DNA of 64,000 bases from assembly GCA_021817785.1 (NCBI GenBank), contig JAKAFY010000003.1, positions 4,376 to 68,375 of the forward strand, written 5' to 3'. This document shows, in pieces, positions 18,167 to 27,752 of this stretch; position 1 is the first letter of the stretch, and the number at the start of each line of letters is the position of its first letter. The translations under genes and the position numbers were made by a program. The notes under the pieces are model-generated. The model worked only from the letters and a program-made list of their open reading frames with translations. It was not told the DNA's origin and did no database searches. This stretch comes from a bacterium (lineage in GTDB: Bacteria; Patescibacteriota; Microgenomatia; UBA10105; UBA927).

Positions 18167-18269
18167 AATCAGCGCATTATAGCAATCCAACCCTATGTGT
18201 ACAACGCATGTCATCTCTGTTTACTACCCGCACATTGCATAGGACGAAGAAGCCGGTATAATAGAACGT

Positions 18270-18677
18270 ATGAAATATTCGAAATTATTTCTGGCCGTAA
18301 GCTACCTTTCGTTTATCGGGGTACTGCTTGCCGTCTACCTATTGTGGGAACAATTTTTTCACCCGGCGTTTCAGCCGTGTAACATAAACAGTTTCATAAA
18401 CTGCAATGCCATTATTTCCGGGGCGGTGGCCAATACACTCGGCATCCCGACGCCGATCTACGGACTCATCGGCTATATTGTCCTGATGATCGCAGGCCTG
18501 ATGCACCAAAAGAAGCTCATCCTGGGGACAGCAAGTTTCGGTCTCGTGTTTTGCCTCTATATCGCGTTCCGCGAGCTGGTACAGCTCCGGGTCATCTGCC
18601 CGGTGTGCATCACCTGCCAGGTCGTCATGATCTCGGTATTTACCATAGGCGTCATCCTCATCCGCCGCAAAGACTGA
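18270..18677 (+). CDS. vitamin K epoxide reductase (VKOR)-like membrane thiol oxidoreductase
   Basis: 135 aa, 4 TM; loop Cys pair (QPCNINSFINCNA) and intramembrane CxxC (ICPVCITC). Confidence 0.6.
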   Translation: MKYSKLFLAVSYLSFIGVLLAVYLLWEQFFHPAFQPCNINSFINCNAIISGAVANTLGIPTPIYGLIGYIVLMIAGLMHQKKLILGTASFGLVFCLYIAFRELVQLRVICPVCITCQVVMISVFTIGVILIRRKD

Positions 18678-18700
18678 ATAGGGTATAATAAAACGCTCCT

Positions 18701-20128
18701 ATGAAAAAACTACTCTTATTTTTCTTCATCTTCGCCGTCCTTTTGGGCATTGTGGGATATCTCTGGTACCACCGGGTCACCAATAAAATTTTCGTAAAAT
18801 CCGGCACGCAGAAGGCGGCGGTCAATCTACCCACAACGCTCAAAGGATACTTTGATACCAAAACGCCGTTTACCGTGCTGGTGGCAGGCTACGGCGGGGG
18901 CACCCATGATGGAGCGTATTTAACCGATACCATGATCGTGGTGCACGTAGACCCCAAAACGCAAAAAATATTTTTGATCTCTATCCCCCGGGACATCTGG
19001 ATAAAAATCCCGACCGACGGCACCAACGGCAAATACTGGAAGTTAAACGCCGCGTATACGCTCGGACTGGATAACACGCAGTTTCCGAATAAACTGCCGG
19101 AATTTAAAGGTACAGATGGCGGCGGCAGGCTTGCCGAATATGCGGTGGGGCAAGTGACGGGACTCACCATCCCTTACTTTGTGGGACTCGACTTTTCCGG
19201 GTTTACCCATACGATAGACACCCTGGGCGGCGTGGATATAAACGTCAATCCCGCATTTACCGATCCGGAGTACCCCATAGAGGGCAAGGAGGCGGATTTA
19301 TGCGGACATACGCCGGAAGAGATTCCGGCGCTGGACGCGCAAGTGGCAACGACTGCGGCAGAACTCGTGTATCCCTGCCGGTACGAAACGCTGCATTTTG
19401 ACAAAGGCCTGCAGCATATGGACGGAGCGACTGCGCTAAAGTATGTGCGGAGCCGCCACTCCATGGAGGACGGCACGGATTTTGGCAGGGCACAGCGCCA
19501 GCGCAAACTCATATTGGCAGTCAAACAAAAAGTATTTTCCATAGGATTTGCCTCGCGGGTGATTCCGTTTATTTCTTCGCTGGGGGACGATTTCCGCACA
19601 GATCTGACGCCAGATGACGTCAAAACCATCCTGGAACACGCGACGGAACTCAATGGCTACAGCGTGGATACGATGGCGCTGACCGACCAAAATTATCTGA
19701 CGGACACGTTTTCCGCGGATAACCAGAGCATCCTCGCCTCGATCGACGGACTGGACCGTTGGGACAGCGTACACACGTGGCTTGCCAATACGTTTGCCGG
19801 ATTACCGGTACCCGTGCTTCCTGTGGTGCGCGTGTTAAACGGCACGAAGACCCCCGGTCTTGCCCAGTATGCAACCGACCAGCTGTCCGCCATGTATGTC
19901 CAGACACGGGCTCCGGGCAGCGTAACTGACCACGCGACGCCAAAGACCACGATTACCGTGTATACTCCAAACGTGCCGTCCGACGCTCTTTCCGCGCTTA
20001 TGAAAACATTTCATGTGACCAGCGTAAATATGGCGCAAAGCGGCACGCCGTCTGCGTATAATATAGAAGTCGTCCTGGGAACCGATTACCAGCCTGCCAT
20101 ATCCCCGACTAGCGCGCCTACGCCATAA
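18701..20128 (+). CDS. LytR-CpsA-Psr (LCP) family cell-envelope phosphotransferase
   Basis: N-terminal TM anchor, then the LCP core DTMIVVHVDPKTQKIFLISIPRDIWIKIP ... KLNAAY. Confidence 0.85.
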   Translation: MKKLLLFFFIFAVLLGIVGYLWYHRVTNKIFVKSGTQKAAVNLPTTLKGYFDTKTPFTVLVAGYGGGTHDGAYLTDTMIVVHVDPKTQKIFLISIPRDIWIKIPTDGTNGKYWKLNAAYTLGLDNTQFPNKLPEFKGTDGGGRLAEYAVGQVTGLTIPYFVGLDFSGFTHTIDTLGGVDINVNPAFTDPEYPIEGKEADLCGHTPEEIPALDAQVATTAAELVYPCRYETLHFDKGLQHMDGATALKYVRSRHSMEDGTDFGRAQRQRKLILAVKQKVFSIGFASRVIPFISSLGDDFRTDLTPDDVKTILEHATELNGYSVDTMALTDQNYLTDTFSADNQSILASIDGLDRWDSVHTWLANTFAGLPVPVLPVVRVLNGTKTPGLAQYATDQLSAMYVQTRAPGSVTDHATPKTTITVYTPNVPSDALSALMKTFHVTSVNMAQSGTPSAYNIEVVLGTDYQPAISPTSAPTP

Positions 20129-20144
20129 TGCTATACTGGGAATC

Positions 20145-20567
20145 ATGAGCTGGTTACCGTATGCGCTTCTTTCGGCATTTTTTGCGGCCCTTACGGCAAT
20201 ACTTGCCAAAATCGGCATCAAAAACGTGGATTCCAACCTGGCGACCGCCATACGCACCGTCGTGATTTTGATTTTTGCCTGGGGTATCGTATTTTTCCAG
20301 GGCACGGCAAGCAAACTCGGCGGGATTTCCAAATTTTCGCTGCTGTTTCTCGTGCTTTCCGGCGTTGCCACGGGACTGTCCTGGTTATTCTATTTCCGGG
20401 CCCTGCAGCTTGGGGAGGCAGCCCAGGTATCGCCGGTTGATAAATTAAGTTTAGTCATCACGATCGTCCTGGCAGCGATCATCCTCAAGGAAAAAGTGAC
20501 GCTGTCGATCGTCCTGGGGGCGCTCCTTATGTCTGCGGGCGCGATCCTCGTGGTGCTGGGGAAATAA
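20145..20567 (+). CDS. EamA/DMT-superfamily small membrane protein (4 TM)
   Basis: 140 aa; four hydrophobic helices, EamA-like half-transporter pattern. Confidence 0.7.
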   Translation: MSWLPYALLSAFFAALTAILAKIGIKNVDSNLATAIRTVVILIFAWGIVFFQGTASKLGGISKFSLLFLVLSGVATGLSWLFYFRALQLGEAAQVSPVDKLSLVITIVLAAIILKEKVTLSIVLGALLMSAGAILVVLGK

Positions 20568-20576
20568 GACGTGTTT

Positions 20577-21218
20577 TTATTTTACGATAATATCGACCGA
20601 TGTGACGTGTACCGGCACGTCCGGCGTAGAATCTTCTCCCGACGCTCCTGCGTGTACCGGAGCCGTCGCGATGGCATCCACCACATCCATGCCCCGGGTG
20701 ACGTTGCCGAAGATGACGTAATTTTTCGGTAAGTCATAATTCGCATGCATGATAAAAAATTGGCTGCCGTTGGTATTGGGCCCTGCGTTTGCCATGGCCA
20801 CGGTGCCACGGGTGTAACTGCCGGTAAACGGTTCGTCGGCAAATCGGTATCCCGGCCCGCCGGTGCCGTCCCCTTTCGGGTCGCCGCCCTGGATCATGAA
20901 TCCTTTGATAATGCGGTGGAATATGGTGCCGTTATAGAATCCCTTGTTGGCAAGATAGACGAAGTTATTGACGGTTTTTGGCGTATCAGTGCTGTGCAGC
21001 GCTATCGTAATATCGCCTTTGTCCGTGTGGAGGACTGCCGTATACGTTTTGGACGTATCGATCGTCATGTCGGGAGGCTGGTCTACGGCAGACGTCGGTT
21101 GTGGTTGGGATGATTTCGGCATAGGTGTTGTATGTTCGGACGCTTTCCCCAGAAATTGCCAGGCCAGGACGCCGCAGGCGATTACCAGGACTATGATCAT
21201 ACCATAGTGGAATTTCAT
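20577..21218 (-). CDS. cyclophilin-type peptidyl-prolyl cis-trans isomerase, membrane-anchored or secreted
   Basis: FHRIIKGFMIQGGDP, GTGGPGY, QFFI motifs; N-terminal hydrophobic anchor; start placed at MKFHYGM. Confidence 0.9.
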   Translation of the reverse strand: MKFHYGMIIVLVIACGVLAWQFLGKASEHTTPMPKSSQPQPTSAVDQPPDMTIDTSKTYTAVLHTDKGDITIALHSTDTPKTVNNFVYLANKGFYNGTIFHRIIKGFMIQGGDPKGDGTGGPGYRFADEPFTGSYTRGTVAMANAGPNTNGSQFFIMHANYDLPKNYVIFGNVTRGMDVVDAIATAPVHAGASGEDSTPDVPVHVTSVDIIVK

Positions 21219-21296
21219 ACAATATATACTACCGCAGTCGGACGTCGATGAAAAGATTGTATTGTATTCCCATACTATCCCTGTATACTGGGTAGT

Positions 21297-22574
21297 ATGA
21301 GTGAAGTGACCCCGGACGTACGACCTATAGGGCGTTACGAATATCCCACGCATCTCCAATGGAAGGAAACCAATCCGGCAGCTCTAGCGGAATTGGCCGC
21401 GACACTTTCCAAACACGATCTCAAACTTCCGGATCCATTGGTCGCTATGCGGGGAGGCGGCATGATGGAACCCGTAACCAATGATCTGGCGCCCCGGTAC
21501 AAAGCATTTCTGTCTAATGACCGGCCCATTGCCGTGCTACCCGTCAAGGAAGAAGCGGGCGGGAAACTTACGGATGTCGTACATTTCCCCGCGAAAAAGG
21601 AAGGCGGCGCTATCCGATTTGACGCAAATCTGGCAGCCTATAAATTTCATGTCGGGCAGTATGTGTACGAACACTGGGACAAAGCGAACGGTCCCCCGCC
21701 GCTGACCCAAGTGCGGGCAGTCGATGAATTGCCGGACGGCAGGTTTGTCACCATAGACCGGCACCGGCCGTATCTGCGCGGCATAGGCAAGGGATCGGGA
21801 ACACTGGGCATGCACGAAATGGATACGGCTCGCATCTCGCCGCAGGAAACAAGACAACTGGTACACGTGCTGGATGCCCTGCACCCTACCGTATCGGATT
21901 TCCGCACGTGGCTGTCCGATAAACAACTGGCGCTGCCCCAGGAAAGCCTGTTACACGAACACAATCCGCTGACTGCCCTGCGCGGCCAGGAATGGTGGAT
22001 AGACCCCGATGCCGGCATGGACCGGTTGCGGGAACTCGGGGCTAAAGCGGAGACGCTCCAAAAGGAATTCAGCGCGATAGATCCCGCATTTCATGCCAAA
22101 GATGCCGTCGAACAGATGATTCACAATAATGTTGGCATCTTCCCCCACCGTGACGGACACACAGATACGGCGGCTCAGGTAGCGAGTCTGCATGTCGTCC
22201 ATGGAACGCTTTACCCGGATAATATCCACAGATCGCAAACCCCGGACCGCATGAAAACGTACGTTACCGTGACCGGCGGCGACCGCGCGCACATAGGACT
22301 GGCCGGAGAATCCATCGACTGGCTCGTGTCGGCAGCTGCCGAATCCCCGGCACACCAGGAAGCGTTGATTTCCGAATTTCTGACACTGCATCCGACCGAC
22401 ACGGACAAACGCGGACTTGCCATGCATGTCCTCTACCGGACGCTTTCAGAAGCATCCTGGTTTGCCTCCCAGGGAAAAACCGCGGAACTTTCCAACCTCA
22501 CCAAATTAAGTTATGACATCATGAATGGTAACGGCGTCTGGCAGGGTGTGAATACGCCGTATAGCAGTTCATAG
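21297..22574 (+). CDS. hypothetical protein (425 aa)
   Basis: Long ORF with host-like composition; no motif recognised. Confidence 0.5.
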   Translation: MSEVTPDVRPIGRYEYPTHLQWKETNPAALAELAATLSKHDLKLPDPLVAMRGGGMMEPVTNDLAPRYKAFLSNDRPIAVLPVKEEAGGKLTDVVHFPAKKEGGAIRFDANLAAYKFHVGQYVYEHWDKANGPPPLTQVRAVDELPDGRFVTIDRHRPYLRGIGKGSGTLGMHEMDTARISPQETRQLVHVLDALHPTVSDFRTWLSDKQLALPQESLLHEHNPLTALRGQEWWIDPDAGMDRLRELGAKAETLQKEFSAIDPAFHAKDAVEQMIHNNVGIFPHRDGHTDTAAQVASLHVVHGTLYPDNIHRSQTPDRMKTYVTVTGGDRAHIGLAGESIDWLVSAAAESPAHQEALISEFLTLHPTDTDKRGLAMHVLYRTLSEASWFASQGKTAELSNLTKLSYDIMNGNGVWQGVNTPYSSS

Positions 22575-22598
22575 TTCATCGTTCATAGTTCATAGGCA
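22567..22598. repeat. heptad tandem repeat (GTTCATA)x4
   Basis: gttcatagttcatcgttcatagttcatagg right after the stop; shares the GTTCAT core with the 9-bp repeat family. Confidence 0.5.
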
Positions 22599-22706
22599 AC
22601 AGCTCGCAGATAACGCGAGAGAAATAATACCGAAGACAGGATATTTGGTTTCGCCGCAAATTTCCCCCTTGCGCCGGACCCATGGTTTCCGTTTAAATAG
22701 GTAGAT

Positions 22707-23165
22707 ATGGATAACACACCTGATGCGTCTTCTGTCCCCGATACAACTATGTCCGCAGCGCCTTCCGAAACGGTCAGCGCCGATACCGTGTTGGAGCTGG
22801 AGTCGATGATCAAACAGGGCATGACGACGATCGACCGCAATAAGTCGGAACTCAAAAAATTAAAGGAAATGATGGAAAGTGCGCTGTTAAACGATGAGCC
22901 GTACCGCACCGCCGCAGAAAAAGCGAAAGAAGCCGCCAAAGAAAAAGGGAAAGCAAAAATGAACGTGATGAGCGTGCCAGCCAACAAACAGCTTGAGGAA
23001 AAGATCAAGGACCTCACCCAGGAAAACAAGGATTTGGCGGGCGCCCAGTCCGAATACCTCCGGGAATATGCCCGATTGTCCGGCACCAACGAGATAGAAG
23101 GCGAAGACGGAGAGGTACGCGAAATCATCTATGTCGCCAAACTCGTCAAAAAAGCAAAGCGCTAA
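22707..23165 (+). CDS. hypothetical coiled-coil protein (152 aa)
   Basis: K/E-rich heptad-like sequence (ELKKLKEMMESALL...KEKGKAKM); the opposite-strand ORF is Ser-rich and looks like an antisense artefact. Confidence 0.4.
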   Translation: MDNTPDASSVPDTTMSAAPSETVSADTVLELESMIKQGMTTIDRNKSELKKLKEMMESALLNDEPYRTAAEKAKEAAKEKGKAKMNVMSVPANKQLEEKIKDLTQENKDLAGAQSEYLREYARLSGTNEIEGEDGEVREIIYVAKLVKKAKR

Positions 23166-23839
23166 AGCGTAAAACTGCGACGTTTCGTGACCAGATACAG
23201 TTCTTCTTTAGGCATCTTCTGCCACCTGGCGGTCACCCGCAGGACGTCTTTCATCTGGGTATCGTGACAGCGAGCTGCGGCAATCTTTGTATCCAACACG
23301 TCGGAGATGTCCACGATTAGATCTACGTCTTTCCGCTCAAATCCCGGAGGGAAGTAGATAAAATAGTCGGCCATGGCATCGCTTGCCGTTTTGGTGGCCA
23401 CGTTATACAAAATCGCATCGATAAACGGAAGGTTTCTATAGACAAAACTGGCAATCATGGACACGGCCACATGATCCAGATGCCCGGACACACCGCGGTT
23501 TTCCATGGTGATAATAAACGTCGGATGGATTTCTTCTGCAAGCCTGGTCATTTTTTCCGCGATCTCGTGATACAGATTATTGGAAAGCGAGCCGTCCTGG
23601 TAGTTGAAAAAATGTACCTTTTTCACGCCTAAAATCGCGGCAGATTTTTTCAACTCTTCTTTGCGGATGGGTCCGAGTTTGGCCCCCATGGCGTGGAATC
23701 TGCTGTCGGACGCCCCGTCGGTGACGCACACCAGGTGTACGTCATAACGGCCGGAAATTTTGGCAATAAGCCCGGACGGACCGAATGCTTCGTCATCGGG
23801 GTGTGCCGTCACTACCAGTACCGTCTTTTTGGTCGCCAT
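23162..23839 (-). CDS. PIG-L/LmbE-family N-acetylglucosaminyl deacetylase
   Basis: VLVVTAHPDDEAFG signature; start placed at MATKKTVLVV. Confidence 0.85.
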   Translation of the reverse strand: MATKKTVLVVTAHPDDEAFGPSGLIAKISGRYDVHLVCVTDGASDSRFHAMGAKLGPIRKEELKKSAAILGVKKVHFFNYQDGSLSNNLYHEIAEKMTRLAEEIHPTFIITMENRGVSGHLDHVAVSMIASFVYRNLPFIDAILYNVATKTASDAMADYFIYFPPGFERKDVDLIVDISDVLDTKIAAARCHDTQMKDVLRVTARWQKMPKEELYLVTKRRSFTL

Positions 23840-23857
23840 GTACGTTATAATACAGGG

Positions 23858-24787
23858 ATGGATGTCTTTTCGCAATTCACGCCCGGCCTTGCTGTTGCCT
23901 GGCAGGACGCCCTGGCACACGAGCGTGCTGCATATCCGTTTTATACCGATGCGTGGCATACGCAGTGGTTTGCGTCACTGGGTACGGGCGAACAGCCCAT
24001 GATACTTGCGGACGTACCGACGCATACCCTCATCCCGCTCGCCGTCAAGGACGGCCACGCACACTTTAGCGGGGGCGAGGAGATAGCGGACTATCTGGAT
24101 GCTGTGGGGTCGGAAGCCGCAAAGGCTGCCATCTGGCAGAAAGCGTTGGGTATTATAAAAATGCAGGGTGCGACCCAGCTGGTGTTGCGTAACATCCCGG
24201 AGGACTCCGAAACGCTTTCGTTTTTCCGGTCCGTCTCCGGCGCCGCCATAGAACAGGAAGATACGACGCCGCGTCTTTCTTTGCCGGACACCTTTGATGC
24301 ATATACTGCCTCGCTCGGGCGCAAAGACAGGCACGAACTCCGGCGCAAGCTCAGAAAATTTGAAGCCGCGTATCCCGGAAACGCCATTACAGTCGCAGCC
24401 GGGGAAGATACGGACATGATGCAGCTCATGTCGCTCATGGCACGCGATGAGGACAAACAGGCATTTTTGACTGATGCCATGAAGCAATTTTTTCAGAACC
24501 TGCCGGATACTGTAGGCCACGCACTTACTCAGCACACGCTTTCGCTTGACGGCAATGCGATCGCCACTGCCGTTTCGTTTCATACCGGCGATGCGTTACT
24601 TTTATATAACTCCGGTTACAATGCTGACTACGTAGGAGCCGGATTGTACCTGAAAACGAAAATGATCGAATGGGCCATAGCCCAACACATACATACCTAC
24701 AATTTTCTCCAGGGCAACGAGCGGTACAAATATGAGCTTGGCGGCAAAGATTTTTTCGTCTACCGTGTCACCTACACGCTGCGATAA
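23858..24787 (+). CDS. FemAB-like GNAT acetyltransferase-fold protein
   Basis: C-terminal LYNSGYN...GAGLYLKTKMIEWAI...YNFLQG...YKYELGG pattern typical of the Acetyltransf_6/FemAB family; divergent from the PIG-L gene. Confidence 0.55.
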   Translation: MDVFSQFTPGLAVAWQDALAHERAAYPFYTDAWHTQWFASLGTGEQPMILADVPTHTLIPLAVKDGHAHFSGGEEIADYLDAVGSEAAKAAIWQKALGIIKMQGATQLVLRNIPEDSETLSFFRSVSGAAIEQEDTTPRLSLPDTFDAYTASLGRKDRHELRRKLRKFEAAYPGNAITVAAGEDTDMMQLMSLMARDEDKQAFLTDAMKQFFQNLPDTVGHALTQHTLSLDGNAIATAVSFHTGDALLLYNSGYNADYVGAGLYLKTKMIEWAIAQHIHTYNFLQGNERYKYELGGKDFFVYRVTYTLR

Positions 24788-25180
24788 TATCCGTCAACGC
24801 ATGAGAAAAATGCGTTAAAATACACAAAGATAATCCTGAATCCTGCTATGCCACCTTCTTACAAGCCATAATTTTTACCCGAAATGATATAATCTGATAT
24901 ATGGGCAAGTACCCTGATTCTGAATTGTTCATACTACCTGATGGCTTAGTACCACCTTTCTTATGCATCGCAGATAAGTATGGGGTACTACTAGGAGCGT
25001 TTGCCGGCAGACCGGGTGATCGGATTACTCTAGAGGGGCGCCAACGGCGCATTAGAAAAGGACACATAGCCCTTGCCATGCAAATAAATCCTGATGATAT
25101 GACCGGAATGCGCATTCTTAAAGCTGCTGTTTATTATATCGCACACCCCTCAAAACCTCCGACGGTTCTCTACAAAAACC

Positions 25181-25891
25181 ATGAATATACACATCATCCT
25201 GCACGAATCATTTGAAGCGCCTGGGGCCATCGCGACGTGGGCCGGAAGCCGCGGCCACTCGATAACATATACGCGTTTATATGATAAAGAGCATCTTCCG
25301 AAGGATGCTTCTGGTTTTGATTTTCTTGTGATCATGGGCGGGCCGCAGTCACCTGCTACTACAACAGATGAGTGCTCATATTTTGATGTAAAAAAAGAAA
25401 GTGCACTCGCAAAAAATGCAATTAATAATGGCAAATATGTATTTGGCGTCTGCCTCGGAGCTCAAATCATCGGAGAAGCACTTGACGCCATATTTGACCA
25501 CAGCCCGAATCGAGAAATCGGATTTTTCCCAATTGCACTTACTGAAGTGGGCAAGAATGACCCGTTACTTCAAGGATTTCCTGATACGTTTGTCGTCGGC
25601 CACTGGCACGGCGATATGCCTGGGCTCACGTCGACCTCTCAAATACTGGCAACCAGTGTCGGGTGCCCGAGACAAATCGTTCGGTACACACCAAAGGTCT
25701 ACGGGTTCCAGTGTCATTTAGAATTTACGTCAGAATCTATTGAGGGCATGATAGCAAACAGCGGCAAAGAGTTGTCTGACAACGCGGGATTGCCGTATGT
25801 CTGGCCTGCGGCAAAACTCCGGGGGCATGGTTGCAAACCCATGAATGAGCTTTTGTTTACTTTCCTCGACCGGCTTACCCAACAACCATAA
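25181..25891 (+). CDS. class I glutamine amidotransferase-like protein
   Basis: GVCLGAQ nucleophile elbow, later His in a GATase1 layout. Confidence 0.8.
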   Translation: MNIHIILHESFEAPGAIATWAGSRGHSITYTRLYDKEHLPKDASGFDFLVIMGGPQSPATTTDECSYFDVKKESALAKNAINNGKYVFGVCLGAQIIGEALDAIFDHSPNREIGFFPIALTEVGKNDPLLQGFPDTFVVGHWHGDMPGLTSTSQILATSVGCPRQIVRYTPKVYGFQCHLEFTSESIEGMIANSGKELSDNAGLPYVWPAAKLRGHGCKPMNELLFTFLDRLTQQP

Positions 25892-25938
25892 AGGAATGCT
25901 CTGGCACGCACGATCGCGCTTTGCTATAATTGCTCCAT

Positions 25939-26010
25939 GGGTCGGTAGCTCAATGGTAGAGCAGTAGCCTTTTAAGCTATTGGTTCTGGGTTCGAGCCCC
26001 AGCCGACTCA
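25939..26010 (+). tRNA. tRNA-Lys (UUU)
   Basis: Acceptor GGGTCGG/CCGACTC, D arm GCTC-AATGGTA-GAGC, anticodon loop CTTTTAA, T arm CTGGG-TTCGAGC-CCCAG, discriminator A; TATAAT 9 bp upstream. Confidence 0.85.
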
Positions 26011-26017
26011 CTAGATA

Positions 26018-26048
26018 AAATATGCCGCCTTGTGTGGCATATTTTATA
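26018..26048 (+). terminator. rho-independent terminator after tRNA-Lys
   Basis: AAATATGCC-(9-nt loop)-GGCATATTT then T-rich. Confidence 0.6.
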
Positions 26049-26087
26049 TAATGCATTGGGGCGAGATGTTTATCCCGCCAAGCGGGA

Positions 26088-26104
26088 AGCCCCAGCCGAC
26101 TCAC
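26088..26104 (+). repeat. direct copy of the tRNA-Lys 3' end (AGCCCCAGCCGACTCAC)
   Basis: 17/17 identity to the tRNA T-stem and acceptor 3' strand, 78 bp downstream, preceded by the hairpin TCCCGC-CAA-GCGGGA. Confidence 0.65.
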
Positions 26105-26192
26105 AAAAATTTATAGTCGCAACGCTTATCCGGTCGAATAATAGTATACATACACGACCGACTTATATAATCCATTAAAACTCATCTTCGTT

Positions 26193-26435
26193 ATGCCAAA
26201 AGTTACAGTTGAAATACCATCAAATTTAAGAAGCGTGCTACAAACGCTCGGCATCGAGGTCGACCAAAATAAACCAGTAACATGTCGCGATCCATCCTGC
26301 AGATTGCGAGGATGCCGTTTGGTACGACAAATGGTTGAAGAGTTTTCACACGCAAAGGGTCTGAAAAACCAGCGGAGTTTTCTTTTGAGTCTTCGTGATG
26401 CTGCACGCGAAGACAATTGTGAGGTTATTTCCTGA
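26193..26435 (+). CDS. hypothetical small protein (80 aa)
   Basis: ORF only; several Cys (CRDPSCRLRGC). Confidence 0.3.
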   Translation: MPKVTVEIPSNLRSVLQTLGIEVDQNKPVTCRDPSCRLRGCRLVRQMVEEFSHAKGLKNQRSFLLSLRDAAREDNCEVIS

Positions 26436-26534
26436 TTAAACTTGCAAGAAGTTGACGCATTTACGCGTAATACACCTCAGGTCAAAGACTTGCGTCGAGA
26501 CAAAATATCTCCGTCTACAACCCTATAATATTTC

Positions 26535-26565
26535 CAAGGACAGTCTTCCATAAGGACAGTCCCTG
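26535..26565. promoter_or_regulatory. operator-like tandem site AAGGACAGTC-N7-AAGGACAGTCCCTGA overlapping the nuclease promoter
   Basis: Immediately downstream of TATAAT (26524-26529); contains the palindromic core GGACAGTCC; a near-identical site recurs at 27369. Confidence 0.5.
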
Positions 26566-26637
26566 ACGGCGCTGGGTATGCGCAGATTTTGTAATCTACC
26601 ATACTGAACCAATTGATCATCGCTGGTATGATAGTAT

Positions 26638-27312
26638 GTGTCACGCAAAAAAAGGAAAAAGAATATATCACTACCGCGGAGCATACTGACCCGCCTGGGG
26701 CTTACAGCCATAGGGACAGGTATGGCCATCCTCATCGGATCAAACGTACTTTCTGTCCCCTCCTCTACCGCGATCTCCGCCTTTGACGGCGATACCTTTG
26801 TCACCAAAGAAAAGCAGTACATCCGGCTTTCGGGAATCGACGCGCCGGAGACGGGTCGCTGCGGCAGCACCGAAGCCAAAAAGGCACTGGAATCGCTAGT
26901 CATCGGAAAACCGCTGTATATCAAAGTTCTCTACCACACCGGCGCCCGGAGCAACGGATTAGTCTACGGCAAATCCGGACTCGTAAACGCCGAAATGCTG
27001 CGGCAGGGCTGGGCTATATACAATGATCGGGACAACGTGGATCTGCCGGAGCTGGCCAAAGCCACCAAAGAAGCGCGGGAGAACAAGCGCGGGATATTTA
27101 GCAGTCTGTGCACCCAAACGGTAAACGCCGAAAAACCATCCTGCGACATAAAGGGGAATGTCCTGGAAAACGGGGACAAACGGTACCACCTGCCTAGCTG
27201 CGCGTCCTATGCTGCGACGGTCGTCCAGCTGTATAACGGGGACACATGGTTTTGCACGGAGACGGACGCAAAAAAAGCTGGGTTTACTAAATCCGATCGG
27301 TGCTTTCCGTAA
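26638..27312 (+). CDS. secreted or membrane-anchored staphylococcal-nuclease (SNase/thermonuclease)-like nuclease
   Basis: N-terminal Lys-rich region plus TM helix, SNase motifs DGDTF...IRLSGIDAPE...R, C-terminal Cys-containing extension (CDIKGN...YHLPSC). Confidence 0.75.
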   Translation: MSRKKRKKNISLPRSILTRLGLTAIGTGMAILIGSNVLSVPSSTAISAFDGDTFVTKEKQYIRLSGIDAPETGRCGSTEAKKALESLVIGKPLYIKVLYHTGARSNGLVYGKSGLVNAEMLRQGWAIYNDRDNVDLPELAKATKEARENKRGIFSSLCTQTVNAEKPSCDIKGNVLENGDKRYHLPSCASYAATVVQLYNGDTWFCTETDAKKAGFTKSDRCFP

Positions 27313-27368
27313 CAAGCCTATCTGTAAATATCACATTGAACCACTCGTAACTGCACAACAATTTCTAC

Positions 27369-27399
27369 AGGGACAGTCCCCTACAAGGACAGTCCCTGA
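27369..27399. promoter_or_regulatory. second copy of the GGACAGTCC tandem site
   Basis: AGGGACAGTCCCCTACAAGGACAGTCCCTGA, same orientation as the site at 26535, about 830 bp away; followed by the palindrome GCAAAGATCTTTGC and a 26-codon ORF. Confidence 0.5.
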
Positions 27400-27752
27400 A
27401 GCAAAGATCTTTGCGACGGCTATGGCTACTATCTTCCCCATCTTGGAATTCATAGACCAACCCAACTTTCTCAGCCTCTGCAAAGATTTGGCTACCAAAT
27501 AGCGTCATACGCTACGCCCGTCGTACGATACGCCGTTTATTCGGCAGCTATCCTACTACGAAGTCGTAAGCTGATCGAAAGCATGATGAAAAACTTCACA
27601 AATATAAAGCAGGATAAATGATTTTGATGGACAAGCCCGTTAACTTCCATTATGAACTCACCCTTATCAGGTGTGCTTTCTGTCACTGTTGCTTACACTA
27701 TAGCCACCATCATTCTGACGATTTATAGCATTACCGCTTCATTATAAGAAGT

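Noticed and set aside
22583-23128. 181-aa minus-strand Ser-rich ORF
   Set aside because: The Ser/Leu-rich composition is typical of antisense reading of a K/E-rich coiled-coil gene. The plus-strand ORF was preferred.
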